A DNA stretch of 64,000 nucleotides from Mobula hypostoma (Eukaryota). How positions within the stretch are numbered: position 1 is the stretch's first letter; every line of letters starts with the position of its first letter. Below the pieces are notes generated by a model. It was not told where the DNA came from. It ran no database searches and saw nothing but the letters and a program-made list of their open reading frames with translations. The translations under genes and the position numbers were made by a program. The stretch spans positions 211,670,001 through 211,734,000 of the forward strand of contig NC_086097.1 of NCBI RefSeq assembly GCF_963921235.1, in the 5' to 3' direction. Below are positions 1 through 12,867 of the stretch, piece by piece.

Positions 1-163
1 ATATTTGATTCTGCGCTGTTCGCTCCCTGGAGTACAAATCAATAGTAAATATTAAAAATTTAAATTATAAATCATAAATAGGAAATGGAAAGTAAGGTAG
101 TGCAAAAAAGCTGAGAGGCAGGTCCAGATACTTGGAGGGTACGGCCCAGATCTGGGTCAGGAT
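1..163 (-). mobile_element. Probable LINE 3' UTR fragment (Rex1/L2-like), cut by the window edge
   Basis: The reverse strand reads as an AT-rich LINE-like 3' UTR. No coding motif is visible; assigned by resemblance only. Confidence 0.35.
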
Positions 164-199
164 TTAAAGTGTGTTGAGATACTTGGGCAGCTATGCATT

Positions 200-923
200 T
201 TAACAAGTTGAAGTTTGTGGATGGTGGAAGATGAGATGCCAGTGTTCTTTAAAGGGATGGAACATTGGCTGGATTCTGGAAGTGAAGGCAATATGTATTC
301 AGGCCGATTAAGCGATCTGGCACTTTGCTGTCTTCAAGAGGGTTCCGTGAGGCTTCCAGTGAAGTGTGCAGCCTCAAGGCCTATCATCAACTCCAATTTT
401 CACCGATTTCGCAAAATAGAACATCGAGAAAGATTGAAAGTCATTGAGGACAAGAGCAGAAGGCGAACGGGTCTCTCACTCACTGCTCCCAAAGGAAGGT
501 CCCTACCTTTGAGTAGTCTCTCTCCATTGATGTGGTCAGAGGGTGGTGCTGGAGTTCTGGTTTGTGGATTGGACTCTGTAGTTCACATTATGACGTGTTT
601 CTGGTTTCCAGTCACTCCTCTTTTATTGCTATTTTGGATGAATTAGAATCGGGACAACCTGCAGATAACATACACTGAGCTGAACTGAGTAAGTCTAGGC
701 CCTTTCTTTTTCGATTTTGTGTTTTATATTCTGTGTTCTTCACTCTTTTTATTGCTGTTGGCACAATTTGCTTTTTTTTGTGGGGGTGGGGGTTGGATGT
801 TTTTCTTTGAATGGGGTCCATGGTTGTCTTTGTTTCTGTGGTTGTCTGGGGGAAGATGAATCTCAGGGTTAAGTACTGCATACATACTTTGTTAATTGTA
901 CTTTGAATCCTTGAATCTTTGAA
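200..923 (+). mobile_element. Non-autonomous retroposon with a Rex1-like 3' UTR and (CTTTGAAT)n tail
   Basis: T-rich 3' UTR ending CTTTGAATCCTTGAATCTTTGAA (901-923). Similar in architecture to the element at 56461-57250. Confidence 0.45.
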
Positions 924-1192
924 TTAATCTGTAGGATAGCTTTCTGGGGAAAATCGGTATAAATTTGATGAATTGTGAAAAGGCTTGTTAATCCTTCACA
1001 GCCTTCAATTGATTCCTGTGTTGATACTATAAGTTAATTGTAGATGATGCTCGATAACACATACTTTATTTTCTACAATGTTGTACATTTGCTCTAAGAC
1101 TCTAATTAGGCTCAATAAAATAATCCCTGGCCAGCAAGCCTATATAGGCCGTGTAAAATCTCCCAAAGGTGGGAACCATGACATCCAATTTA

Positions 1193-1557
1193 TAGACCAT
1201 AAGACAAAGGAGCAGAAGTCGGCCATTTGGCCCATCGAGTCTGCTCCGCCATTTTATCACGAGCTGATCTATTCTCCCATTTAGTCCCACTCCCCCGCCT
1301 TCTCACCATAACCTTTGATGCCCTGGCTATTCAGATACCTATCAATCTCTGCCTTAAATACACTCAATGACTTGGCCTCCACTGCCGCCCGTGGCAACAA
1401 ATTCCATAGATTCACCACCCTCTGGCTAAAAAAATTTCTTCGCATTTCTGTTCTGAATGGGCGCCATTCAATCCTTAAGTCATGCCCTCTCGTACTAGAC
1501 TTACCCCATCATGGGAAACAACTTTGCCACATCCACTCTGTCCATACCTTTCAACAT
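1193..1557 (-). mobile_element. CR1 LINE 3' fragment
   Basis: Reverse strand encodes the ORF2 C-terminus (FFSQRVVNLWN-type) and the 3' UTR hairpin GGGCCAAATGGCC with a short repeat tail. Confidence 0.9.
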
Positions 1558-2672
1558 TATACCTACACTACAAAGAGTCTTTCTTTGAATACATAATAGT
1601 CCTGGTGGTTTGGATAGCAGACAAGCAACCAAAGCACAAGAATTCAAGGCCCACCATTACAAAGTGAAAATGTTGAGTAAATTTGGTATGTTAATATGCT
1701 GAAGCTATCTGAAGTTTCTAGATAGTTGAAATCAAAGCAAATTCATTCATGTCTACCTGTACTCTGGACTCTATTTTGGGTCTGTTGATATGCCAGCACA
1801 TTAGTAGCCACACTTGTGACTAAGCATGTGATTCTATTGAAATTATACCAGGACATCCTATCACTTAGACAGCTAAGAAATACCTATTAACAAAATTCTT
1901 AAATTTCACCATCATTGTAACAAGAACCCAAGGATGTTGCAAATCTGAAATTAAAGTACTGTATTTGGAATAGAGGGTCAGGTAGTGTCAATACAGAATG
2001 AAACAGATTTAACACATCAGTTTCCAGCAGTGTAGCATTTGTTTATCACTATATTACAGCATTGTTTCCCAAACTTTTTTAGCCCAATTTTCCTCCAAAG
2101 CACTTTCGTACTTGCCAACCCCCTCCTAAAGCACCTTCATGCTTGCCAACACCCCTCTTAGGCACAATATACTTTCCAGCATCCCCATAGTGTAAAAACA
2201 TATCTACCATATGCCAACATGAGAAAAATGATTCTGCTTTAAATTTTTATTTGTCTTTAAACCTAGTTTACACAGTACCTGTGCATTGTACAGCAGTTTC
2301 AATATCAATGTGATCCTTGAGTTTGCCTTAAGTCCCCATGTATAACACAGTCAAAGCGTTTTTCTTTTGTGAGTATGTGGCTCACTGCACTGAAGCCTCT
2401 TTCAACAAGGTAGGAGGATGAAAATGCAATGAAGAGCAGTTTGGCTCTTCTCCGAAGACCAGGAGAATTCATATGACAGTGTAGCCACATACCACAAAAT
2501 CCAACATTTTTATAAGGCAATTTTGCTTCTTCATCATTCTGAATTTTGATAATTTCTTCTTGCAAGCTCTCTTCTTGTTTTTCCACTCACTCCAGAATTT
2601 TCAGATCATTCAAATCCTTGAATTGATTCTGAAAATCCTACTTCAGTGACTGCAGGTGTAAGCAGTACTCTT

Positions 2673-3346
2673 CAGAATCAGAATCAGGTTTATTATCACC
2701 AGAAAGTGACGTGAAATTTGTTAACTTAGCAGCAGCAGTTCAGTGCAATGCGTAATCTAGCAGAGAGAGGAAAAAAATAAAATAAAGCATAATAAATAAA
2801 CAAGTTAATTAATTATATCTATTGAATAGATTTTTAAAAATATGTGCAAAAACAGAAATACTGTACATTTAAAAAAAAGTGAGGTAGTGTCCAAAGCTTC
2901 AATGTCCATTTAATATTCGGATGGCAGAGGGGAGGAAGCTGTTCCTGAATCACTAAGTGTGTGCCTTCAGGCTTCTGTATCTCCTACCTGATGGTAACAG
3001 TGAGAAAAGGGCATGCCGTGAGTGCTGGAGGTCCTTAATAATGGACGCTGCCTTTCTGAGACACTGCTCCCTAAAGATGTCCTCGGTACTTCGGAGGCTA
3101 GTACCCAAGATGGAGCTGACTGGATATACAAACTTCTGCAGCTTCTTTCGGTTCTGTGAAGTAGCCCCTCCATACCAGACATTGATGCAGCCTGTCAGAA
3201 TGCTCTCCACGGTGCAACGATAGGAGTTTTTTAAGTGTATTTGTTGACATGACAAATCTCTTCAAACTCCTAATAAAGTACAGCCGTTGTCTTGCCTTCT
3301 TTATGACTACATCAATATGTTGGGACCAGGTTAGATCCTCAGAGAT
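2673..3346 (-). mobile_element. Rex1/Babar-like LINE 3' fragment nested in the hAT
   Basis: KISEDLTWSQHID..KKARQRLYF and FSLLPSGRRYRS motifs, with a (TCTGAT)n tail. Same family as 61440-62815. Confidence 0.88.
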
Positions 3347-3509
3347 CTTGCAAATCTTTGTCTGTGAAAGAGAGTGCCATACTTTCAATGCTGGGAAACT
3401 GTGAGAATATTCTTCTCCCAATGTTTTGCTTATGTATTTCCAGTTATCCAGTAAAAGTAGACACTGCACTTTTTGCCTGGATTAATTTGAAATTCTCACC
3501 CTGCAGTTT

Positions 3510-3651
3510 CTTATTTAGACATCCTGCTAAAGCGTTTTGGCCTGAATTATCAGCTATACTTTTTCCATAGCTGCTGCCTGGCATGCTGAGTTCTTCCAGC
3601 TATTTGTGTATGTTGCTCAGATTTCCAGCATCTGCAGATTTTCTCTTGTTC
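3510..3651 (+). mobile_element. Decayed Penelope-derived short repeat nested in the hAT
   Basis: TTTCCATAG..GCTGCCTGGCATGCTGAGTTCTTCCAGC..GATTTCCAGCATCTGCAGA matches the dispersed family seen at 27921-28317. Confidence 0.7.
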
Positions 3652-6189
3652 ATATTTAGAACGTTCATTTTGTCATACAGATCGGCTAGGTATGCAACAT
3701 CTCCATGTAGAAGTTCTATTCTGTTTCCCAAGCTCTTGTTGACTTTGAGCAAAAATTCAACCACTGTGTCAAAAAGATCTAAGAAACGTTTTGAGCAGCA
3801 GGCTTTTGACAGCCAACGCACTTTAGTGTGAAGAAGCTAGTGTTCAAACTCTTCTCTGTTATCTTGGCATAACTGGCAAAATATTCTGCTATTTATTGGA
3901 TAAGCTTTAATTTTGTTGACAGCAGATATTACAAGAGTCATGTTTAAAAAAAGTTGCTGGCTGAGGTTTTTGACTGCGAGACGTTGAGCATGACTTACAC
4001 AATAGATTGCAAAATACTTGGAACTTCTTTTTCCATAAATGCCTCTAATATGCACCTGTCATATATGGTATTCCATCTGTTGCAAAAGGAATCATATTCT
4101 CAATATACATTTTGAGTTTGTCATAGATTGATTCTCCATTGATATCTGTTTACAAAAGCAAACTTCATAAACTTTTCCATTTTTGATAAAGTGCACATAT
4201 GCCATTAGCAATGCCTCACTGTCTTGCACAGTTGACTCATCCAGTTGTATACCAAATTCTGTTTTTTGGTTTCTCTGTGCGTAATTGATACTCAATGTCT
4301 TCACTCATTTCATCAATACAATAAGCTACAGAGTTACTACTCAGAGGAATTGGTTTTAAAATACCGGTGTTCATTTTAGGAACAGTAATGAGCATTTCTG
4401 ATACAGCAGGCATTATTAATCCTTCACCAATTGTATCAGATACCAATTGTATGAGATCTTCCACACTTTGTTATCATTTTGGAAACGTTATAAGAAGCAA
4501 TGAGACCACTGTCAAGGTCATTTTTAGCTTACTTGGCAAGTGATTCAAGTGTGCATCACATTTCAAATGTTTCTTTCATTTTCTGGATGTAAGTAATCTT
4601 TTTAGGGTGTCTTTTACTAAGTGTTCCTGCAATCTAGATGGTTTCATAGCTTCATTAAACAGTACAGTATTACAAATAAGACACATGGGGCATTGCTGAT
4701 CTGACAGGAGTGAAATAAATCCATACTGCAGGAATGTAACATTGTACTGACACACTTTCTGTAGTTTCTGGTTCTTAGCAGGATTAGATTTCAAGGCTTC
4801 ACCTCCTTCAGATTCATAGGGATCCATCATAGTGATACATATTTATTCATCATTAACAGAGCTAAATTAAGATAAAAAGTTAAGACAAACTGGGAATGCC
4901 TATCAGTTGTTGACGACAGCAGCGAGTTGACATGGATGGAATGATGGGAGTGGCACGCAAAGAAACGGTGAGACGAAAATGAAGACGATCACAACAGCGA
5001 AGATTACTTTGACAGGGATTCCGATTGGAATCAGAATGTTAGCCGGGATAGAGCTGGTGTTCGGCAAGCTACCTTTATACTGTTCTAGTTAGTGCAACTG
5101 ACCAATCGTGTAAGGTCTCATAACCCCCAAAGATGGCTCTTAACCACACATATGAATCCAAGGTTGCTTCGAACACCTCAAGAGGAATCCTCGGGGTCTG
5201 CAGGTTCACTGAATGGCTCTATTTCACTGTTTCGTTCTGGCCAGTGCAGTATCATTGCGCAACCTGTTTTCCATAGATCTGTAGAGAAAGTTGAGAGGGT
5301 GCCCTTGACTTACCAACCGTTAAATTGCCAAAATCGTTCCGTGAAGCAAGTCAAGGGGAACTGTTGTGCATCTCCAATATTGTCTGTTTGGTTGGTAAAG
5401 ATGGATGAGATTGCCAAGTTTCAGACCCTGTGTGACGATGACTGGTCACTGCCTGCAAAGCTATGGTTCTTCCTGAGTTCCATTGCCTCATCCTTTTTTT
5501 GAAGTGCTTGCTCTAGTAACAGTCGGTCAGGGCTCGTGCCTCAAGTTGGGGTGCCACATACTACCCACCCCAAGAACCTTGAATGCCCCCCGATGACTTC
5601 TATTTCCCCTCACGCCCCCTTAAGTCATGTAATCACCCCCGTTGGGAATCACTGTACCAGAGTTTTGGTCTGGATTGGGTGTTCAAGTCCTGGAATGGAG
5701 TTTGCACCCACAAACTTCTAATGCCTTTGAATTTTAATTCATAGTGTGATTCAAATTAGGTTATTCTGATTCAGATATTTTGAAATATGCAATATATTCT
5801 ATTTCAGTCTTAGCATCCCCAGCTAAAGGAGAGGGTCTAGAAATTTTAACTCTCATGAAGATGATTGCTCAATCTTGTGTGAAGTACCAAGCCAACAATA
5901 TTCTATCATTCAAGGACCCAGGACATCGTGCACAGACACGAAGGCTTTGTCTAAGAGAACTAGTAGAAAAGCTTTTCTTCCAAGATCTGCTGGCATTGTA
6001 ATTAATGGAGAATACAACTGAATTGGGCAGCAGACAGGTGCTAAAATGATCAGAGAGGAAGACCTGAGGTGATGTGGATTGCAGGAGAAGAACACAGCTG
6101 AGAAGGTTATAAGAAGACTACAAGGGTAGGTAATAGTTATGAAGACAATTGAAAAGGATCTGAAGATGGGGAGGTGGAGTAATGAATAG

Positions 6190-9100
6190 TTCAAAGTTCA
6201 AAGTAAACTTATTATCCGTGTAGAATCAGGTTTATTATCACTGGCATGTGAGGTGAAATTTGTTAACTTAGCAGCAGCAGTTCAATGCAATACATACTAC
6301 GCTGCCCAGGGTGACCAGGGATGGGAGCTCAACGTTCAGGGATATTCAATATTCAGGAGGGATAGACATGAAGGAAGGGGAGGTGGGGTGGCGTTGCTGG
6401 TTAAAGAAGAGATTAACGCAATAGAAAGGAAAGACATAAGCCGGGAAGATGTGGAATCGATATGGGTAGAGCTGCGTAACACTAAGGGGCAGAAGACGCT
6501 GGTGGGAGTTGTGTACAGGCCACCTAACAGTAGTAGTGAGGTCGGAGATGGTATTAAACAGGAAATTAGAAATGTGTGCAATAAAGGAACAGCAGTTATA
6601 ATGGGTGACTTCAATCTACATGTAGACTGGGTGAACCAAATTGGTAAAGGTGCTGAGGAAGAGGATTTCTTGGAATGTATGCGGGATGGTTTTTTGAACC
6701 AACATGTCGAGGAACCAACTAGAGAGCAGGCTATTCTGGACTGGGTTTTGAGCAATGAGGAAGGGTTAATTAGCAATCTTGTCATGAGAGGCCCCTTGGG
6801 TAAGAGTGACCATAATATGGTGGAATTCTTCATTAAGATGGAGAGTGACATAGTTAATTCAGAAACAAAGGTTCTGACCTTAAAGAGGGGTAACTTTGAA
6901 GGTATGAGACGTGAATTAGCTAAGATAGACTGGCAAATGACACTTAAAGGATTGATGGTGGATATGCAATGGCAAGCATTTAAAGGTTGCATGGATGAAC
7001 TACAACAATTGTTCATCCCAGTTTGGCAAAAGAATAAATCAAGGAAGGTAGTGCACCCGTGGCTGACAAGAGAAATTAGGGATAGTATCAATTCCAAAGA
7101 AGAAGCATACAAATTAGCCAGAGAAAGTGGCTCACCTGAGGACTGGGAGAAATTCAGAGTTCAGCAGAGGAGGACAAAGGGCTTAATTAGGAAGGGGAAA
7201 AAAAGATTATGAGAGAAAACTGGCAGGGAACATAAAAACGGACTGTAAAAGCTTTTATAGATATGTAAAAAGGAAAAGACTGGTAAAGACAAATGTAGGT
7301 CCCCTGCAGACAGAAACAGGTGAATTGATTATGGGGAGCAAGGACATGGCAGACCAATTGAATAATTACTTTGGTTCTGTCTTCACTAAGGAGGACATAA
7401 ATAATCTCCCAGAAATAGTAAGGGACAGAGGGTCCAGTGAGATGGAGGAACTGAGCGAAATACATGTTAGTAGGGAAGTGGTGTTAGGTAAATTGAAGGG
7501 ATTGAAGGCAGATAAATCCCCAGGGCCAGATGGTCTGCATCCTAGAGTGCTTAAGGAAGTAGCCCAAGAAATACTGGATACATTAGTGATAATTTTTCAA
7601 AACTCGTTAGATTCTGGACTAGTTCCTGAGGATTGGAGGGTGGCTAATGTAACCCCACTTTTTAAAAAAGGAGGGAGAGAGAAACCGGGGAATTATAGAC
7701 CGGTTAGTCTAACGTCGGTGGTGGGGAAACTGCTGGAGTCAGTTATCAAGGATGTGATAACAGCACATTTGGAAAGCGGTGAAATGATCGGACAAAGTCA
7801 GCATGCATTTGTGAAAGGAAAATCATGTCTGACGAATCTCATAGAATTTTTTGAGGATGTAACTAGTAGAGTGGATAGGGGAGAACCAGTGGATGTGGTA
7901 TATTTGGATTTTCAAAAGGCTTTTGACAAGGTCCCACACAGGAGATTAGTGTGCAAACTTAAAGCACACGGTATTGGGGGTAAGGTATTGGTGTGGGTGG
8001 AGAATTGGTTAGCAGACAGGAAGCAAAGAGTGGGAATAAACGGGACCTTTTCAGAATGGCAGGCGGTGACTAGTGGGGTACCGCAAGGCTCAGTGCTGGG
8101 ACCCCAGTTGTTTACAATATATATTAATGACTTGGATGAGGGAATTAAATGCAGCATCTCCAAGTTTGCGGATGACACGAAGCTGGGTGGCAGTGTTAGC
8201 AGTGAGGAGGATGCTAAGAGGATGCAGGGTGACTTGGATAGGTTGGGTGAGTGGGCAAATTCATGGCAGATGCAATTTAATGTGGATAAATGTGAAGTTA
8301 TCCACTTTGGTGGCAAAAATAGGAAAACAGATTATTATCTGAATGGTGGCCGATTAGGAAAAGGGGAGGTGCAATGAGACCTGGGTGTCATTATACACCA
8401 GTCATTGAAAGTGGGCATGCAGGTACAGCAGGCGGTGAAAAAGGCGAATGGTATGCTGGCATTTATAGCAAGAGGATTCGAGTACAGGAGCAGGGAGGTA
8501 CTACTGCAGTTGTACAAGGCCTTGGTGAGACCACACCTGGAGTATTGTGTGCAGTTTTGGTCCCCTAATCTGAGGAAAGACATCTTTGCCATAGAGGGAG
8601 TACAAAGAAGGTTCACCAGATTGATTCCTGGGATGGCAGGACTTTCATATGAAGAAAGACTGGATGAACTGGGCTTGTACTCGTTGGAATTTAGAAGATT
8701 GAGGAGGGATCTGATTGAAACGTATAAGATCCTAAAGGGATTGGACAGGCTAGATGCAGGAAGATTGTTCCCGATGTTGGGGAAGTCCAGAACGAGGAGT
8801 CACAGTGTGAGGATAGAGGGGAAGCCTTTTAGGACCGAGATTAGGAAAAACTTCTTCACACAGAGAGTGGTGAATCTGTGGAATTCTCTGCCACAGGAAA
8901 CAGTTGAGGCCAGTTCATTGGCTATATTTAAGAGGGAGTTAGATATGGCCCTTGTGGCTATGGGGGTCAGGGGGTATGGAAGGAAGGCTGGGGTGGGGTT
9001 CTGAGTTGGATGATCAGCCATGATCATAATAAATGGCGGTGCAGGCTCGAAGGGCCGAATGGCCTACTCCTGCACCTATTTTCTATGTTTCTATGTTTCT

Positions 9101-9935
9101 ATAATCTGGCAGAGGGAAAAAAAAATACTTCTTCCTGATGGTAGCAGTGAGAAGTGATGATGGATGCTGCTTTCCTGTGAAAGCACTCCGCATAGATGGG
9201 CTCAGTTGTGGGGAGTTGTGGGGATGGACTGGGCTGTATTCACTACATTTTGTTGTTTTTTCTATTCAAGGGCACTGGTGTTTTCATACCAGTCGATGAA
9301 GCGTCCAGTCGATATACAATCCACCACACATCTAGAGAAGTTTGTCAAGCAGAATCTTCGCACTCTCCTAAGGAAGTAAAGGTGCTGTTGTGCTTTCTTC
9401 ATAATTGCTCTTATGTGCTGGGCTCAGAACAGGTCCTCTGAAATATTAACACTGAGGAACTTAATATTGCTGACTCTATCTACCTCTGATCCTCCAATTA
9501 GAACTGGCTCCTAGACCTCTGGTTTCCTCCTCCTGGGGTCAATAATCAGCTCCTTGGTCTTGCTGACCGAGTAAGAGTTGTTGTTGTGGCACCACTCAGA
9601 CAGATTTTCAATCTCCCTCCTATACGCTGATTCATGACCACCTTCGATCTGGTCTTCGATAGTAGTGTTGTCATCAAGCTTGAGTATGGCATTCGAGCTG
9701 TGCTTAGCGACACAGCCTTAAGTGTAAAGCGAGTAGAGCAGGGGGATAAGCACATAACCTTGTGGTGCACCAGTGCTGATGGAGATTGTGGAGGAGATGT
9801 TTTGTCAATCTGAACTGACTGGGGTCTGCAAGTGAGGAAATCACGAATCCAATTGCACAAGGATGTACTGAGGCTAAGCTCTTGAATCTTTCTAATTTGA
9901 TTTGACAGGACGACAGTATTGAAGGCCAAGCTGAA
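6190..9935 (-). mobile_element. Rex1/Babar-like fragments split by the CR1 at 6297-9101
   Basis: Tails at 6190-6296 resume at 9101 (TACATA|ATAATCTGGCAGAG, matching 2740-2770). RT remnants at 9130-9935 (SLCNWIRDFLTCRPQSV). Confidence 0.75.
6297..9101 (+). mobile_element. Near-intact, 5'-truncated CR1 LINE (APE endonuclease + RT)
   Basis: APE motifs GVVYRPP, MGDFN and SDHN; RT motifs YLDFQKAFD, GVPQGSVLGP and FADD; 3' hairpin and (TTTCTATG)n tail. Only one frameshift (A-run near 7198-7204) and one TGA (8375). Confidence 0.97.
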
Positions 9936-10159
9936 TAGTAGCAAACACAAAGGAAGATACTTGGATGAGAACTACTTAGAAGAGAATGGAAGTCTCAACA
10001 TTTGACATGGCCAGATGGATTTAGAGAAGTCATTCCCACTTGTGCTAGAGATTAAAATTAAGGCCATTAATGCAACATAAAAAGTAATAAATTTAATAAA
10101 GCATTCAAGAGGAACCCTCTTTTCATGGAATTTGTTTAGAGTACCAACCCATTCACACA

Positions 10160-11530
10160 ACCAATAGTCATGGGGTTGTACAGTTCAAAAAGTAGCTCCT
10201 TCAGCACTACTTAGCCATGCCGATTGAGATGCCCGTTTCTGTTAATCCCACGTTCCTGCATTCGGAATATATCCCTCTATTACTTTCCTGTTCAAGTCCT
10301 TTTTAAAATGCTGTGATTGTACCTGCCTCTACCAATCCCTCTGACAAATTGTTCCATATACCCATCATTCTCTGTCTGTAAAAAATGTGCCCATCAGATC
10401 TCTATCATGGGTATATTTCCAACTCCCCACTACACCACCACCTTAAATATATGTCCTCTAGTTTTAGACTCCCCAGCACAGGAAAATGTATTGACCTTAT
10501 CTATGCCCATCGTCATTTTATAAACCTTTCTCTTGGACTGGGATCCGGAGTGATAGGGCTGAGGAAGGGGAAAACAGAAATAAATTAAAGATAGCGTGCA
10601 ACAGAGATGATAGAAAGCACAGGCAGGAGATGAGGCATAATCACAGCCAGTGGGATGAGTTACAGGGCAATAGAGGCGTGGTGCAGTTAAAACAAAAAGC
10701 AACAAATACTGGACTGAAAGTGTTATATTTGAATGCATGCAGCATAAGAAATAAAATGGATGATCTTGAAATTCAGCTACAGATTGGCAAGTAGGAATGT
10801 GATGTTGAGGCTCTATCAGGCACTCGTGAGACAACACCTGGAGTATTGTTTGCAATTTTTGGCTCCTTATTTTAGAAAGGATATATTGACATTGGAGAAG
10901 GTTCAGAGAAGGTTCACGAGAATGCTTCCAGAAGTGAAAGGGTTACCGTATGAAGAACGTCTGGAAGCTCTTGGGCTGTATTCCCTGGAGTTCAGGAGAA
11001 TGAGGGGGCATCTCATAGAAACATTTCAAATGTTAAAAGATCCGAACAGATTAGATATGGCAAAGTTATTTCCCATGGTAGAGGATTCTAGGACAAGAGG
11101 GCACGACTTCAAGATTGAAGGACATCCATTTAGAACAGAGATGTGGAGAAATTACTTTAGTCAGAGGGTGGTAAATCTGTGGAATTTGTTGCCACGAGCG
11201 GCTGTGGGAGGCCAAGTCATTAGGTGTATTTAAGGCAGAGGTAGATAGGTTCTTGATTAGCCAGGGCATCAAAGGGTATGGGGAGAAGGCAAGAGAGTGG
11301 GGATGACTGGAAGAATTGTGTCAGCTCATGATTGTATGGTGGAGCAGACTTAATGGTCTGAATGGCCTATTTCTGCTCCTATAACTTATGGTCATCCCTC
11401 ATCTCCCTGTGCTCCAGTAAGAACAATCACAGCCTATCTCATCTCTCCTTGGAAATAAAACCCTACATTTGGAAACAACCTGGTGAATTTCTTCTACAGT
11501 CTTCCTAGTGCTATGACATCCTTTCCCGAG
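10160..11530 (-). mobile_element. Old CR1 3' fragment interrupted by a younger CR1
   Basis: Minus-strand remnant GESKTRGHIFKV at 10430-10527 continues at 11394-11530. Confidence 0.65.
10531..11393 (+). mobile_element. Internally deleted CR1 (start of APE joined to ORF2 C-terminus and 3' UTR)
   Basis: LKVLYLNACSIRNKMDDLE is followed near 10790 by RNVMLRLYQALVRQHLEYC..RVVNLWN and the 3' UTR. Confidence 0.9.
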
Positions 11531-12867
11531 TCAAGATAAATAGCACAGATGCATTTGGTGGGAACTGAGGTGAAGACACGGGGGAGAAAGAATGGAAGTG
11601 CTACTTCTAAGAGGCATAGCAGATATAATCTTAATACAAACAAATAGGATTAGTGAAGACTTGCAAAAAAATTGACACTGCTAGTCAACCGAGGGGCCTG
11701 GTTCTGTGATCTACTGACAGGAAAGAGGACAAGTGGAACATAAGACTAAGGTATGGATCTGTTGACCTAAGAGACCTCTGTTGTACTTTCTTTGTAATTT
11801 TCTAAGTGTTGCTAAGGACATCGCCAAGATCTGAAATGAAAAATTTAACAATAAGGAAATCAGTTGGCTTGTGCGTTTGATTGTAAGTGATAGCATATGC
11901 TGAGGGATTATTTAAAAAATAATCTTCAGGCTGTGTACCCAGGATACTGACTTTGCTACACCGCAGCTGGCCTCTGAATACTGCTGTATCAGCTGAATTG
12001 TGCTAAAGAACTCGACTCTGTGGAATTATCTAAGTATTTCTTCATGGAAAATCTGCAGTCACACCAAGACACACTGGAATTCTGCCAAAGGAAAAATTCC
12101 CACTGTGGTCATGCTTTAATTAAACCAAATGATACTATTCATTTCTGTAGACCTCCAAACTATCTTTTGACTTTGCTGAACCATTCTTAAACAAATTGCA
12201 AAGTGTGAGATAGGGTAGAATCCTTTATTCTACCTTTATTCCCTGAAGGCAACTTCACAATGACTGCATGGATGATGTTTGAAATCTGTTTATTAGGGAA
12301 TCACTCATTCATGATTTCATTCAACAACTCAATTCCATGACATCTCAGAATACATTGGATCCAAAGACTATTTAACGCTGTATTGACAGTGGCATACATA
12401 TTATTTGAATTATGATAATAAACAAGATTATATTTTTTTTTAAATGTTACCAGGAATTAAATCCTATTACCGAGAAACTATATATTAGGGAAAAAAGAAT
12501 CCGAAGAACTCTTATATCATCTGAGTATTTGTGTCTCTGGAAAATTCAAAATGCAAACCTACAAAGAGGTTATTTCAACATTGTGATCAGTATTCAATTT
12601 AATAACCAGCGCAATTTTAATTGCAAATTAAATATAAATTTTCTTCAGTATAGAAAAGGCCATTAAAAGAATTGATTTGCAAAATGGCTGTAGTGTTTTA
12701 GTGTTTATACTATTTAATATTTTCACCACATTGCCTTTCATCTTCAGCTATTTTTCATATGGTCTTGCCATTTTTATGGCTTTTACCTTTCCAGCCAGTT
12801 CAAGTTGCAGTAAAAAATTCATGAGCAGCCTAATTTTAGAAGGAAAATATCAAGCTGGTTCATGCTA

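Larger units (their letters stand above)
2305..4830 (-). pseudogene. Fragmented hAT (Buster) transposase
   Basis: Collinear ORF pieces 4576-4830, 4237-4464, 4092-4304, 3837-4055, 3600-3821 and 2305-2586, with frameshifts and two nested insertions. Confidence 0.88.
2060..5654 (-). mobile_element. Decayed hAT transposon, Buster/Charlie (ZBED5/SCAND3-like) group
   Basis: TIRs CATTGTTTCCCAA (2060) and GTTGGGAATCACTG (5641-5654). Minus-strand fragments run from BED finger CPMCLIC..NEAMKPSRL through IQLDEST, YCVSHAQRL and RWLS to FSSSYLVERGFS. The 8-bp flanks TATTACAG/TACCAGAG are only a weak TSD match. Confidence 0.9.

Noticed and set aside
215..646. 143-aa ORF
   Set aside because: It lies inside a non-autonomous repeat, starts at TTG and has no domain.
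4576..4830. Domesticated ZBED5/SCAND3-like host gene
   Set aside because: It has multiple frameshifts and nested insertions and retains TIRs, so it is a transposon fossil.
6336..7112. Long antisense ORFs (for example 258 aa here, 190 aa at 28457-29029)
   Set aside because: They are shadow frames of CR1 ORF2 on the opposite strand, with no independent motifs.
7325..8377. RT ORFs as a retron, DGR or CRISPR-associated RT system
   Set aside because: Motifs and context are those of eukaryotic CR1 and Rex1 LINEs. No operon structure or repeat-spacer array exists anywhere in the window.
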